64,000 nt of DNA from Lentisphaerae bacterium GWF2_50_93 (GCA_001804815.1 MHBI01000065.1:20553-84552), one strand, 5' to 3'. Shown: positions 20,233-30,573, counted from the stretch's first letter. The notes: generated from the letters alone by a model not told the origin. Numbers and translations: made by a program.

Positions 20233-21198
20233 TCATTTAGTTTTTTTAGCCTCTTTATCGGAACTCAGATTCTGGTCAAGCTTCAGAAGGTCGAACGGAG
20301 CATAGTCCGTATTCAGGATGAGCGTCGTCTTGTTGGGTATGATCTTGCGCAGGGATTCGAGTTTCCTGAGGAAGGCGGCGAGTTCAGGCTCCTCTTTGAA
20401 AATTGAGTAGTAGGAAGCGGCCTTCGCATCGCCTTCGGCCTTGATCTGTTTGGCCTGGGCCTCGGCTTCGGCAAGTTTCAACTTGCGGTTGTTGTCCGCC
20501 TGGATCCTGATATTAGTCGCCTCGCTTTTTCCGTCAGCCCTGAACTGTTCAGCTACGACATTTCGTTCCGCTTTCATCCTGTTGAAGACATTTTCAGTGT
20601 TCTTGTCAGGAAGGTTGAGCACCTTGATTCCTACGAATTCCACCTGGATGCCATACTTGTCGAGAACTATGGGGGAAATTCCCTTTTTCATTTCAGTCTC
20701 TATTTCGTCAATCTTCATCTTCTTGGGATTTGTATTCACCAGCTCCTCGAATTTGAATTTTCCGAGAACGGCGTTTTTGACGGTCCTCATCTGGCTGTTG
20801 ATCTTGTCTTCCGCCTGTGATATGTCGGGGATTGCAAGGCTCTTGAACAGCTTTTCGGCGTCGACAATCTTGTATACGACGAAAATACCTGCGACGATCG
20901 GCTGTCCGTCGGCTGTGTAGGTCTCCTCGATCTTCCCAGTGCTTCCATCGAAGCAGTGGTAGCGGTTGTCGAACCTGTGTACTTTCTGGAAGGGATATGG
21001 CCAGCAGAAATGAAGGCCGGCTTCCTTGACACCGGAGATCTTTCCGAGGGTTGTTATGACCACCGATTCTGTGGATTTCACCTGGAATGTGAATATTGCA
21101 AAAAGGAATATTACAGAAACTATCAGGCCGAGAAGCAGCGTCGGCCAGTGCTGCAATATCTTCAACTTATCTTTTCCGCTCATTTTCTTTTCCTCCAT
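20233..21198 (-). CDS. SPFH-domain HflC-like protein
   Basis: GLHFCWPYP, VFNRMKAER..AEQFRADG..EA..IR, GDAKAA..Y, FLRKLESL, PFDLL. Confidence 0.9.
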   Translation of the reverse strand: MEEKKMSGKDKLKILQHWPTLLLGLIVSVIFLFAIFTFQVKSTESVVITTLGKISGVKEAGLHFCWPYPFQKVHRFDNRYHCFDGSTGKIEETYTADGQPIVAGIFVVYKIVDAEKLFKSLAIPDISQAEDKINSQMRTVKNAVLGKFKFEELVNTNPKKMKIDEIETEMKKGISPIVLDKYGIQVEFVGIKVLNLPDKNTENVFNRMKAERNVVAEQFRADGKSEATNIRIQADNNRKLKLAEAEAQAKQIKAEGDAKAASYYSIFKEEPELAAFLRKLESLRKIIPNKTTLILNTDYAPFDLLKLDQNLSSDKEAKKTK

Positions 21199-23129
21199 TA
21201 TTTCTTATTGAGTTCATCGGACAGGTCGCCAAGATCGGCATCTATGATGTCCATGCGCGCCTTTTCCTCGAAATTGAATATGTAGACATTGTTGGTGTCG
21301 GTGTCGCCGACAACTATCTTCCTGACTTCGCCGCAGTCCTTTTCGAAGAAGTCGAGGTAGGTCCTGAGCTTGTACATTTCAGGCATGATCCTGTAGGCTT
21401 CGAGCTGTTTCTTGAACCTCATCATCTCCGCTTCCGAAAGCCTTATGGCATTGTCTCTCTCGGTCTCTGCCTCCTTCACGATCTTCGAGGCTTCAGCCAT
21501 GGCGTATGGAAGAGTCTTGTTCTCATAGGCTCTTGCATTCAATATTGATGCTTCCTTCTCCTGGCGTGCGCTGGCGACCTCTTCAAATGACGGTGCGACT
21601 TTGTCAAATGGGGGATGGACCCCGAGGAGGTTCACGGAAACAATTTCTACGCCAATGTTCATCTGGTTTGCAGAGTCCTGTATGTTTTTGAACAGGTCAG
21701 TGACCGCCTTCCCGCGTTCAATGGACATCAGTTTGAGAAGATCCACGCTCGCGAGATATTTGCTGATTTCCCTTTCCGCGATCGATTTGACGAACACGGG
21801 TATGTCGCAGTTCCTGAACGCGAAATCATAAACCTTGTCTTCCTGGGCACGATATTGTATCGTGAATATGGTTGATAAAAACGATACTGGCGTCTCCTTG
21901 TCGTTTGGCTTCTTCTCCGAGGCGACTATGTATCTCTCCTCTTTTCCGGAATGCTGCACCGTCCAGAGAACAACTTCAGGACTTATTTCTTCACCTTTTT
22001 CGTTCTTCATGTCGGCGCCAATGATTATCTCCTGTATCTTGTTGACCGGAATCCTCGTCATTTTTCCGAACGGCCAGGGGAGTTTGAAGTGGACGCCTTC
22101 GGGCAACGGCTGCAGATCGACTATCTTGCCGAAGTTCTCCCGGACCCCGACCTCTCCCGGAGCCACCTCCGAGACGCATGTGAAGATCCATAGAGTGGAA
22201 AGCCATGCGATTATCAGAGGTATCATCGACTTTTCAAAGAATCCGTAGATCCATGTCCTGGATACCTTGAAACCGAACTGGTAGTCAAGTGTGTCTGAAA
22301 TATTCCTAAGTAGTCCGCCTGGTTCCGTGAAAAGCGCCAGTATGCGGCTTTCAAAAATAGGCCTTTCCTCGATAATCGACCTTGGACGGTAGAACTCGAC
22401 GATGAAATTGAAGAGAAGCTCAGCGCCCAGCACGGTGGAGATGATGAATATAATCTTCTTTATGATGCGGTTCCAGAGGGGAAGGTCGTATTTGAACATG
22501 AATATCGCGAATGTCGCCAGTATTCCGAGGATTGCTGCAAGTACAAGCCAGCTGCCAAGGGGCCTGAGCCAGCGGAAGTTCTTCTCCCTTGACTGCCCTA
22601 TGAAGAATATGCCTGTGAAGATGAAGAAAACTGATGCAAGACCGGTCATGAATGCCGCAAGAGATGGATTTACGGGGACCGGTATCTCGACCCTGGTCCT
22701 CCAGTGGCTCCAGAAGAACAGCAGGATGACCGTTATCAGGATGAAATTCAGGGCAGCCACAATATACGGGGAGAACTTTATGAAATTGGAAAGGGTTCTT
22801 GAAGCTGAGAACAGCACGTCTTCACCGGACTCAAGGGCTTTCTTCTCCTTCCTCTTCTCGAGAAGTATCCTGTCTTCCTCCTCTTGCGCCGACTTGGAAC
22901 CCAGATAGCCGAGTATGCAGGCGTTGAAGGCCAGGATGGTTGAGATGAGATAGGGTATGACAAGGAGTGAGAATGAATCCACGCCCACGATATTCTTCAC
23001 GATGCCGAACCAGAAAATCAGTATGCAGGAAACTAAGGCGCCAATGCCTGTAAGCATCGACAGGTTCTGCATCTGCCTGGATTCGTCCATTTTAAGCTGG
23101 ATTTCTTTTTCAAATTTCATTTTCAGCAT
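21198..23129 (-). CDS. HflK-like SPFH protein with a multi-TM N-terminal extension
   Basis: About 300 aa polytopic N-terminus, then VRENFGK..GVHFKLPWP, VHPP..VAPSFEEVASA, PEMYKLRTYL. Confidence 0.88.
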   Translation of the reverse strand: MLKMKFEKEIQLKMDESRQMQNLSMLTGIGALVSCILIFWFGIVKNIVGVDSFSLLVIPYLISTILAFNACILGYLGSKSAQEEEDRILLEKRKEKKALESGEDVLFSASRTLSNFIKFSPYIVAALNFILITVILLFFWSHWRTRVEIPVPVNPSLAAFMTGLASVFFIFTGIFFIGQSREKNFRWLRPLGSWLVLAAILGILATFAIFMFKYDLPLWNRIIKKIIFIISTVLGAELLFNFIVEFYRPRSIIEERPIFESRILALFTEPGGLLRNISDTLDYQFGFKVSRTWIYGFFEKSMIPLIIAWLSTLWIFTCVSEVAPGEVGVRENFGKIVDLQPLPEGVHFKLPWPFGKMTRIPVNKIQEIIIGADMKNEKGEEISPEVVLWTVQHSGKEERYIVASEKKPNDKETPVSFLSTIFTIQYRAQEDKVYDFAFRNCDIPVFVKSIAEREISKYLASVDLLKLMSIERGKAVTDLFKNIQDSANQMNIGVEIVSVNLLGVHPPFDKVAPSFEEVASARQEKEASILNARAYENKTLPYAMAEASKIVKEAETERDNAIRLSEAEMMRFKKQLEAYRIMPEMYKLRTYLDFFEKDCGEVRKIVVGDTDTNNVYIFNFEEKARMDIIDADLGDLSDELNKK

Positions 23130-23357
23130 TTATTTCTGGATTAATCTTAAAAATGGCATGGATATGCTATTTTATATACTTAACTTGTAGTACGATAATT
23201 TTACCTTATTAAAACAGTAATATAGCGACTTTAAAAATGGTTTCAAACTGAAAATCAAAATTCGGTGTCAGTATTTAATCATCATTTGACACGCAGGTTG
23301 TAAATAAGTTCCAGAGATAATATACTACTGGGTTAATTATATCAAGGACAGGGATTT

Positions 23358-24377
23358 ATGTGGAAAATTTTCGGGGGTGTTAAAAAGGAGAAGGAGCTCT
23401 ACGAGGGAAAGGATGACGTCAAGCCATCCGTTGAACTCCTCAACGGCAACTGCCTGGAATGCAGTTCCTGCCATACAATGATCAGCCTTCTGAATTTTCC
23501 GCCTCTCACCTTATCAAAATGCACCCAGTGCGATGCCACTATTTTCATCCCCTACAATATTAAGGATTTCTGGCTGTACCGCCCCCTCGGCGGAGGCGGA
23601 ATGGGCAGTGTCTACAAGGCTGTGCACCATGATTATCCTGAAATGGAGTTCGCGGTGAAAGTCCTTCCAAGGGACAACAAGGAGAATCCACACCTGATCG
23701 AGATGCTCATACATGAGGCTTCGGTCGGCAAGGCTTTTGGACAGCATCCCCATCTCACCTTTGTAGCCGATTTCGGACATTACAAGGATGAATACTTCAG
23801 CGCCATGCAGTTCTGCCCAGGACAGAGGCTCGATCAGATCATTGATTCACAGGAGCTGATACCCCAGAAGATGGTGCTTCTCTGGGCCCTCCAGATACTT
23901 TCCGCCGAACAGAGGATGTATGACTGCGGATATCTCTACAGGGATTTGAAGCCCCAGAACATAATAATCGACAAGGAAGGCAATGCACACCTGATCGATT
24001 ACGGCCTGTGCATCGGGATTGAAGACGCCCATAACAAGGATGCTGAAACCGTCGATGGTTCCCCTCTCTACATGCCTCCGGAGAGGATTGTAGGAATGCC
24101 TGAAAATATGACAAGCGAGATATACAGCCTTGGGATGGTAATGTTCCATGCGCTGACAAAGAGCACCTATTATACTGCCACAGGCGCATATGAGGTTGCA
24201 AGAAAACATGTTTCGAGCCTCAGGATGGCGAATGTCTCATCACGTCTTCCCATCACTGTCAGCCCAAAGATCGCCTCAATCCTCGACAAGATGGTTGCAC
24301 GGCTCCCGTCCGAACGCTACCAGACATACAAGGAAACGGCGGTCGTCATCAAGGATGTCTACAATTCCCTAAAGTAG
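23358..24377 (+). CDS. Hanks-type Ser/Thr kinase with N-terminal Zn ribbon (paralog of 2692..3741)
   Basis: GGGGMGSVY, AVK, YRDLKPQN, DYG, GSPLYMPPE; CSSC...CTQC. Confidence 0.92.
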   Translation: MWKIFGGVKKEKELYEGKDDVKPSVELLNGNCLECSSCHTMISLLNFPPLTLSKCTQCDATIFIPYNIKDFWLYRPLGGGGMGSVYKAVHHDYPEMEFAVKVLPRDNKENPHLIEMLIHEASVGKAFGQHPHLTFVADFGHYKDEYFSAMQFCPGQRLDQIIDSQELIPQKMVLLWALQILSAEQRMYDCGYLYRDLKPQNIIIDKEGNAHLIDYGLCIGIEDAHNKDAETVDGSPLYMPPERIVGMPENMTSEIYSLGMVMFHALTKSTYYTATGAYEVARKHVSSLRMANVSSRLPITVSPKIASILDKMVARLPSERYQTYKETAVVIKDVYNSLK

Positions 24378-24400
24378 GTACGGGCTTTAGCCTGTACCAT
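24374..24400 (+). repeat. REP, GTAG family A, overlapping the kinase stop codon
   Basis: GTAGGTACGGGCTTTAGCCTGTACCAT; its TAG is the kinase stop codon. Confidence 0.75.
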
Positions 24401-24468
24401 TCTTAAATTCATATGAGCGCTGGCTTCTCGGGGTCTTGTAGGATTTTGATTTGCGCGTCCAATGTCGC

Positions 24469-24790
24469 TTACTTCAGCAGTTCGCCCGATTTCCGCCACT
24501 GTCCAGCTTCATCCCTCAGATTGTACTTTTCTGCGAGTTTCGCAAGTTTCTCATACCATTGGATTCACATTTGTCCAGGATGTATCCTGCGAGAAACTGC
24601 TTGCCTCCCACACCCCATTTCCGGGTGGCGCCCTGTGGAATCACATTGTCTCCTGCCTTGTCGAGCTTTTTAACCGGAGATTGAAGAATGCTGAAAGAAA
24701 CTCTGAGGTCGTTTCGATGATCATCCCATGAAAATCGGTGATTGAAAGCCGGAATTTCATGGTAGATGGAGTTTGCCTGAATACTGTTCC
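24469..24790 (-). pseudogene. Possible frameshifted gene fragment downstream of ribD
   Basis: Protein-like reading (..IYHEIPAFNHRFSWDD..RKWGVGGKQFLAGYILDK) continues after a frameshift as YEKLAKLAEKYNLRDEAGQWRKSGELLK*; no start codon for the upstream part. Confidence 0.3.
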
Positions 24791-24807
24791 GTATCTTACA
24801 GGATGTA

Positions 24808-25827
24808 TTATTCTTTCATATATCCGCTTATGCATATATCCTCGTCTATTGTTTTCAATGAAACATTTTTCAGCTGGAACGCTTTTGACAGCGAATCAGG
24901 ATCTGTTCCTCCAACCACCGGACGGCTGTTCCTGCCTCCTAGGATCTTCGGAGCGATATGGAATTCAACTTTGTCTATTATTCCGGCATTCAGCATTTCC
25001 GCGGCGAGTTCTCCTCCTCCTTCTACAAGAATTGAAGTGACGTTTTCTTTTCCAAGTCTTTTAAGTTCTGAAATCCATTCCTGACGGTTCTTCGGGGAGA
25101 TGACTTCCGGTTCAGTTCCGGGAGGAAGAAGATTTTTCAGTTTTTCAGGTGTCAGGTGTCTGGATATGATTATCCGTCTCGGCTGTTTGGCGGTCCGGAA
25201 TTCGCGGATTGTCAGCGATGGCTTGTCTGTCCTTGCAGTTTCGCCACCGACCATGACAGCATCCGCCCATTGCCTTAATTTCTGGACTCTTGCCCTCGCC
25301 TTGGGACCTGTCACCCATTTCGAATCGCCTTTCGAGGTGGCGATCTTTCCGTCGAGAGTCATTGCCATTTTCAGGAGAACAAAAGGCCTGCCGGTGGTTA
25401 TCCAGTGGAAAAAGGCGTCATTAAGCTCACGGCATTCTTTCTCCATAATATTAGCAGTAACTTCGATCCCAGCCTTCTGTAGTACCTTCAATCCTTTGCC
25501 GGCATGTTTCGGATTCGGATCAAAACAGCCGACTACGACCTTTCTTATTCCAGAAGATATAATTGCGTCAGTGCATGGAGGAGTCCTTCCGAAAGTGCAG
25601 CACGGCTCAAGAGTCACGTATAGCGTAGCATTCCTGGCGTTCCGGCCGGCATCATTCAGTGCATTTACTTCGGCGTGCGCTTCTCCGGCGCGCCTGTGAA
25701 ATCCTTTTCCGACGGCCTTTCCATTTTTGACGACAACGGCGCCGACCATCGGATTCGGTGAAGTTCCGCCCCATCCCCGTTTCGCGAGCGTAAGGGCGAG
25801 AGACATGAATTTTATGTCGGACTGCAT
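24808..25827 (-). CDS. ribD: Bifunctional riboflavin deaminase/reductase RibD
   Basis: PNPMVGAV, HAE, TLEPC..GRTPPC, TLDGKIAT, VEGGG. Confidence 0.97.
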   Translation of the reverse strand: MQSDIKFMSLALTLAKRGWGGTSPNPMVGAVVVKNGKAVGKGFHRRAGEAHAEVNALNDAGRNARNATLYVTLEPCCTFGRTPPCTDAIISSGIRKVVVGCFDPNPKHAGKGLKVLQKAGIEVTANIMEKECRELNDAFFHWITTGRPFVLLKMAMTLDGKIATSKGDSKWVTGPKARARVQKLRQWADAVMVGGETARTDKPSLTIREFRTAKQPRRIIISRHLTPEKLKNLLPPGTEPEVISPKNRQEWISELKRLGKENVTSILVEGGGELAAEMLNAGIIDKVEFHIAPKILGGRNSRPVVGGTDPDSLSKAFQLKNVSLKTIDEDICISGYMKE

Positions 25828-25842
25828 CTGGTTACCAGAATT

Positions 25843-27228
25843 TTATTTTTTCCTAGGATCAAATGAATAAAGGCCTGTGGTGATCGTCCATGCGTCATCC
25901 ATCGGCATCACCTTGCGTTCATGCTTTGCCCCCCAGGAATCCGTGTAGAGGATTTCGCTCTTCTCCTTATTATATCCGAAGATTATGCGCATATGCCCGC
26001 CTCCAGCCTGCGGAAGCCCTTCCTCCTTGACGATTCCCAGTATGACGCTCCACATGAGGGGAATCCCCGCGTCGACATGCTTCATGATATCTGTCTGGAA
26101 ACCTTTGTACCCTGATTTGTCCTTTTCACATTTTGCTTCCTTCAGCATTGCCGGTTCGGAGCCCATGGCATGATATATAGCCCCGATGTCAATGACGCGT
26201 CCATACCCGATTTCCCTTTTGCCGGCCTTTTTTGACAGCTTGTTGTAGTCGTTGACCATCTTCATGAAATCCTGGAGCTTGAAATCCACATGGGTCCTTA
26301 TCATTACTCCGAACTTGCCTTGGACTTTTTTAAGCATGTCGATCATTTCATCCGGACTCGTGCCGCGTGAGGAGGACGAGCTTGCAAGTTGTGCCAGGAC
26401 GTTCTGATCGGCATCTGTCCCATAGTATTTGAGGATGCGTTCCGCCGTCGCAACCGCGCAATATCCCTTCTGCCCCTGGTCGACCATGGGAATATTTTCA
26501 ATGTAGATGAAACCCTTGTCATCCTTCTTGACGTTCTGCTTGATGTCCATGGCCGATGCGACATCAGCCTTTTTCGGAGTCGATGTCATTTTCCTGGGAT
26601 CATTCTTCGGATCGAACTTTGAAATGGTCAGCTTGATGTATTCCGCCCTGAATCTAATCTTCTTGTCCCTCATAAAGGGATCTTCAACATCCTGCGCCTT
26701 GATCTTTTCGCTGGCGCTCCATTTCATTTCAACGGCCAGGCTGTTGTTCTTCACCCAGACTTTCCTCTCGATGTACATTCCCATCGTGAGTCTTTCCCTC
26801 TGCGATGACACACCCTTGTCGCCGGCCCATGCTTCGATTTTTTTCAGGTCCTCATCAACCATGCCCATGAAAATATCTTCGGATTTCTTCCCCTTGTCAT
26901 CGGTTATTTCCCCGGAATCCCCGCGGTTGAAGAGGGAGATTTCTATCTGGCTCACCTTGCCGCCTTCAAAACGGATTATCGTCTCCCAGGACTTCATTCC
27001 GAGAAAGGTCATCGGCGGACTGTTGCCGTAGCCGGGATATCTCACTCCTTCCTTCTTGTCGGAAAGCCATCTGAAATACATTTGATTGCTCGGATCAAGG
27101 AAATTATCAGAAGTCCTATTCCAGAGCTTTTCATCATCTACGAAAGTCTCCAGCCTGGCAAAATCAGCGGAAAAGGAATTCAGTCCGGCAAGCATCATCG
27201 TCAGAAGAATGAGAATTTTCGTTTTCAT
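25843..27228 (-). CDS. Secreted protein with C-terminal papain-like (C39-like) peptidase domain
   Basis: Signal peptide; PMVDQGQKGYCAVAT (Gln/Cys), GHMRIIFGY (His), YTDSWG (Asp). Confidence 0.8.
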   Translation of the reverse strand: MKTKILILLTMMLAGLNSFSADFARLETFVDDEKLWNRTSDNFLDPSNQMYFRWLSDKKEGVRYPGYGNSPPMTFLGMKSWETIIRFEGGKVSQIEISLFNRGDSGEITDDKGKKSEDIFMGMVDEDLKKIEAWAGDKGVSSQRERLTMGMYIERKVWVKNNSLAVEMKWSASEKIKAQDVEDPFMRDKKIRFRAEYIKLTISKFDPKNDPRKMTSTPKKADVASAMDIKQNVKKDDKGFIYIENIPMVDQGQKGYCAVATAERILKYYGTDADQNVLAQLASSSSSRGTSPDEMIDMLKKVQGKFGVMIRTHVDFKLQDFMKMVNDYNKLSKKAGKREIGYGRVIDIGAIYHAMGSEPAMLKEAKCEKDKSGYKGFQTDIMKHVDAGIPLMWSVILGIVKEEGLPQAGGGHMRIIFGYNKEKSEILYTDSWGAKHERKVMPMDDAWTITTGLYSFDPRKK

Positions 27229-27248
27229 TACAACCCCCTAAAGTAACG

Positions 27249-28175
27249 TTAAGCGGTCTTTTTGGAGAAGAGCGCATTGGCGAACATTTCAGGATCGAAC
27301 GGCTGAAGGTCCTCTGGCTGTTCTCCGAGGCCGGCAAATATCACCGGCAGGTGGAATTCCTCCTCTATCGCCACTACGATCCCGCCTTTTCCAGTGCCGT
27401 CGAGCTTTGTCAATATCAATCCCGTTACGCCTGATGTGCTCAGGAACTCCTTCGCCTGCACCAGGGCGTTGGCCCCCATGCTCGCATCAATTGTCAGCCA
27501 TACATGGTGCGGAGCTTCCGGATAGACCTTGCCTATGACTCGTGTCATCTTGGAGAGCTCGTCCATCAGACCTTTCCTAGTGTGCTGCCGTCCAGCAGTA
27601 TCGAGTATCAGAAAATCATATTTCTTTGCCAGTCCCGACTGGACGGCATCAAACGCGACGGAGGATGGATCGGCGCCGGAGGTCGAGGAGATCACGTTGC
27701 ACTTTGCCCTGTCACCCCATAGCTTGAGCTGCTCGACCGCAGCGGCCCGGAACGTGTCGCATGCGGCCAGAAGCACCGTTTTGCCGTCGTTTTTCCATAG
27801 ATAGGCGAGTTTGCCGGCGCTGGTTGTCTTGCCGCTGCCGTTGACCCCGACTATTAGAATCACGTTCAATGAGTCAGTCTTATAAAAAGGATCCTTCCGG
27901 TTCTTGTTCAGGATCGCGGTAATGTCGGTGCGCGCGATTTCCATTATGTCGTCAGTGGTCTTTATGATGCCACGGGAATACCTGTCCTTGATGTCATTGA
28001 CGATCTTCGTGCTGGCCGCAAGTCCGAAATCCGCGCCGATGAGGCCTTCCTTGAGCTTTTCATAGGTCTCGTCGTTCCATGCCGCGGTGCCCGTGAATAT
28101 CCCGCCGAGTGAGCGGGATATCGACGTTGCGGTCTTCTGGAGTCCGCGCTGGAAAACTGAAAAGATGGATTTCAT
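27249..28175 (-). CDS. ftsY: SRP receptor FtsY (NG domain only)
   Basis: GVNGSGKTT, DTFRAAAVEQL, DTAGR, TKLDGTGKGG. Confidence 0.97.
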   Translation of the reverse strand: MKSIFSVFQRGLQKTATSISRSLGGIFTGTAAWNDETYEKLKEGLIGADFGLAASTKIVNDIKDRYSRGIIKTTDDIMEIARTDITAILNKNRKDPFYKTDSLNVILIVGVNGSGKTTSAGKLAYLWKNDGKTVLLAACDTFRAAAVEQLKLWGDRAKCNVISSTSGADPSSVAFDAVQSGLAKKYDFLILDTAGRQHTRKGLMDELSKMTRVIGKVYPEAPHHVWLTIDASMGANALVQAKEFLSTSGVTGLILTKLDGTGKGGIVVAIEEEFHLPVIFAGLGEQPEDLQPFDPEMFANALFSKKTA

Positions 28176-28676
28176 TTATTTCGTTGCAGCCTCTCTTGCA
28201 GGTCTTTTAAGAGTGTCCTTTATCGCATTGAGTATGCCGTTTACGAACGAGCTTGATTCATCGCCCCCGAAGGACTTGGCGATCTCCACTGCCTCGTTGA
28301 TGCTTACCACCGGAGGTATTTCCGGGCAGTTGAGCATTTCATAGGTGGCTATCCTCAGTATGTTCCTGTCCACTATCGCCATCCTGTCGATCTTCCATTT
28401 GGTTGCGAATTTCGCAATGACTTCGTCAGTCTCGGCTTTCTTTTCGATTGAACCTTTGATCAGCTTTTCCGCGAATTCCTTGCTTTTCCTGAAGATCCTG
28501 TTCTGCGGATATATTCCTGATTCATCGAGCTGGGTCCAGAAATATTCCAGGTTCTTGCCGTCGAAATCCTCGTTCATGTCGAACTGGAAGAGGAACTGCA
28601 TCGCGAATTCGCGTCCGAGCCGCCTGGGATCCGGATCCTTGCGGAAATTGTTGTTGTCTTTGTCTGGTAAATTCAT
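28176..28676 (-). CDS. nusB: Transcription antitermination factor NusB
   Basis: RRLGREFAMQFLF, DRNILR, INEAVEIAK, FVNGIL. Confidence 0.97.
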   Translation of the reverse strand: MNLPDKDNNNFRKDPDPRRLGREFAMQFLFQFDMNEDFDGKNLEYFWTQLDESGIYPQNRIFRKSKEFAEKLIKGSIEKKAETDEVIAKFATKWKIDRMAIVDRNILRIATYEMLNCPEIPPVVSINEAVEIAKSFGGDESSSFVNGILNAIKDTLKRPAREAATK

Positions 28677-28691
28677 TTATCTCCGTATGTC

Positions 28692-29177
28692 TTATTTTCC
28701 GGGCATGGCCCGCATGAGGTTTGCCATTTCAATTGCGGTCTTCGCGGCGTCGGAACCCTTGTTGCCGGCCTTTGTACCGCTTCTTTCAATTGCCTGCTCG
28801 ATGTCGTTCGCATTGATCACTCCGTTTATCACGGGGACGCCGAACTCGAGCGCAAGCATCGCCGTACACTTCGAAACTTCCGAGCTTATGAGCGTGGCGT
28901 GAGGCGTCGCGCCCTGTATCACTACGCCAAGAGCGATCACAGCGTCATATTTCTTGGTTGAGAGGAATCTCTTTACGACCGTCGGAATCTCATATGATCC
29001 CGGAACCCACGCGACATCGATGTCTTCAGTCCTGCCACCATGCCTGACAACTGCGTCAACAGCGCCCTCGAGCAGCTTGCTCACGAAGAATTCGTTGAAC
29101 CTGGCGCACACGATGGCTATGCGGAGACCCTTGGCGTCAAGAGTCCCTTCATAAATGTTTTTGACCTGCTTGTTCAT
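28692..29177 (-). CDS. ribH: 6,7-dimethyl-8-ribityllumazine synthase
   Basis: ARFN, VPGSYEIP, GVVIQGATPH, QAIERSG.KAGNKG. Confidence 0.97.
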   Translation of the reverse strand: MNKQVKNIYEGTLDAKGLRIAIVCARFNEFFVSKLLEGAVDAVVRHGGRTEDIDVAWVPGSYEIPTVVKRFLSTKKYDAVIALGVVIQGATPHATLISSEVSKCTAMLALEFGVPVINGVINANDIEQAIERSGTKAGNKGSDAAKTAIEMANLMRAMPGK

Positions 29178-29208
29178 AAACTTCTCCTTTTAAAATTTTG
29201 TAAAAATT

Positions 29209-30405
29209 TTATATCAGGTGCCCCATCTTCTTCTTCTTGGTCTTCAGATATCTTTCATTGTGCTTGTGAGGCTCGATGACAAGGGGTTTCCTTGCTTTTA
29301 TTGAAATTCCATAACCTTTGATTCCGACGATCTTCTGGGGGTTGTTCGTAAGAAGAGTAATGCTTTTCACGCCAAGGTCAAGCAGGATCTGTGCACCGAG
29401 CCCATATTCGCGGAGGTCCGGAGGAAATCCAAGCTTCTCGTTGGCCTCGACTGTGTCGCAGCCTTCTTCCTGGAGTCGGTACGCATGGATCTTGTTCGCA
29501 AGCCCGATTCCGCGCCCTTCCTGCCGCATGTAGACGATGATGCCGGCTCCCTTTTCCGCTATCAGCTTCATCGCCGTCTCAAGCTGTTCCCCGCAGTCGC
29601 ACCTCTGTGAATGGAAAACGTCGCCCGTCAGGCATTCGCTGTGGACGCGCACCAGGACATCGCTTTTTCCTTCGACATCGCCGTATACCAGGGCGAGATG
29701 CTCCATATTGTCGAGTGCCGAACGGTAGAGATGGAGTTTGAACATGCCGTGACGGGTCGGGAGATTTACGGACTGCTCCTTGAATATAAGCCTCTCATGC
29801 TTCCGCCTGTATGCAATAATGTCGGAAATAGTGCACCAGAGGAGCCTGTGTTTCTTCCTGAACTTATCAAGCTGTGGCAGACGCGCCATAGTTCCGTCCT
29901 CATTCATTATCTCGCAGATCACGCCGGCCGGATAAAGGCCTGCGAGTTTCGCAAGATCGACCGTCGCCTCAGTATGTCCTGCCCTCTGGAGGACTCCGCC
30001 TGGTCGTGCTATCAACGGGAAAACATGGCCGGGAACAATAAAGTCAGCTCTCGACATGACAGGATCAATCAGCGCCTCTATGGTTTTTGACCGGTCAAAT
30101 GCTGATATTCCGGTGGTCGTGCCTTCCTTTACGTCTACGCTTACAGTAAAAGCTGTATGGAACGGATCCTTGCTGGGAGCCATGATGTCAAGTTCAAGCT
30201 GCTTAGCCCTTTCATCAGTGACCGGCGCACAGATCAGACCTCGTCCGTGTGTCGCCATGAAATTTATTGCCTTAGGCGTTACTTTTGCCGCAGCAATTAC
30301 AAGATCCCCCTCGTTTTCACGGTTCTCGTCGTCAGTAACAATAATCATGTCGCCTTTCCTGAAGGCCTTGACGACTTTTTCAATGCTATCGAATTTTGTT
30401 TTCAT
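29209..30405 (-). CDS. ribBA: Bifunctional DHBP synthase/GTP cyclohydrolase II
   Basis: [46 protein letters not shown]. Confidence 0.97.
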   Translation of the reverse strand: MKTKFDSIEKVVKAFRKGDMIIVTDDENRENEGDLVIAAAKVTPKAINFMATHGRGLICAPVTDERAKQLELDIMAPSKDPFHTAFTVSVDVKEGTTTGISAFDRSKTIEALIDPVMSRADFIVPGHVFPLIARPGGVLQRAGHTEATVDLAKLAGLYPAGVICEIMNEDGTMARLPQLDKFRKKHRLLWCTISDIIAYRRKHERLIFKEQSVNLPTRHGMFKLHLYRSALDNMEHLALVYGDVEGKSDVLVRVHSECLTGDVFHSQRCDCGEQLETAMKLIAEKGAGIIVYMRQEGRGIGLANKIHAYRLQEEGCDTVEANEKLGFPPDLREYGLGAQILLDLGVKSITLLTNNPQKIVGIKGYGISIKARKPLVIEPHKHNERYLKTKKKKMGHLI

Positions 30406-30440
30406 TTATCCACTTTAAGTTAATATCAAGTTACAGTCAA

Positions 30441-30511
30441 AGAGAACGGCAACAGAGTGCCGTTGCTACAATAAATCCAAGCTGTAGCCGCATCACTCTG
30501 CTGACGCGTTT
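30441..30511. repeat. Divergent pair of GTAG-footed REP-like palindromes
   Basis: AACGGCAACAGAGTGCCGTTGCTAC and GTAGCCGCATCACTCTGCTGACGCG in the ribBA leader. Confidence 0.55.
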
Positions 30512-30573
30512 TTTTCTCAAAGAATACAACTCGGTATTATCTTTAACTTCATAGAAATCCAGTTCCCGTTGCC

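Noticed and set aside
19055-23129. Canonical hflK/hflC symbols
   Set aside because: Three divergent copies in a non-canonical context; orthology to the FtsH modulators is unproven.
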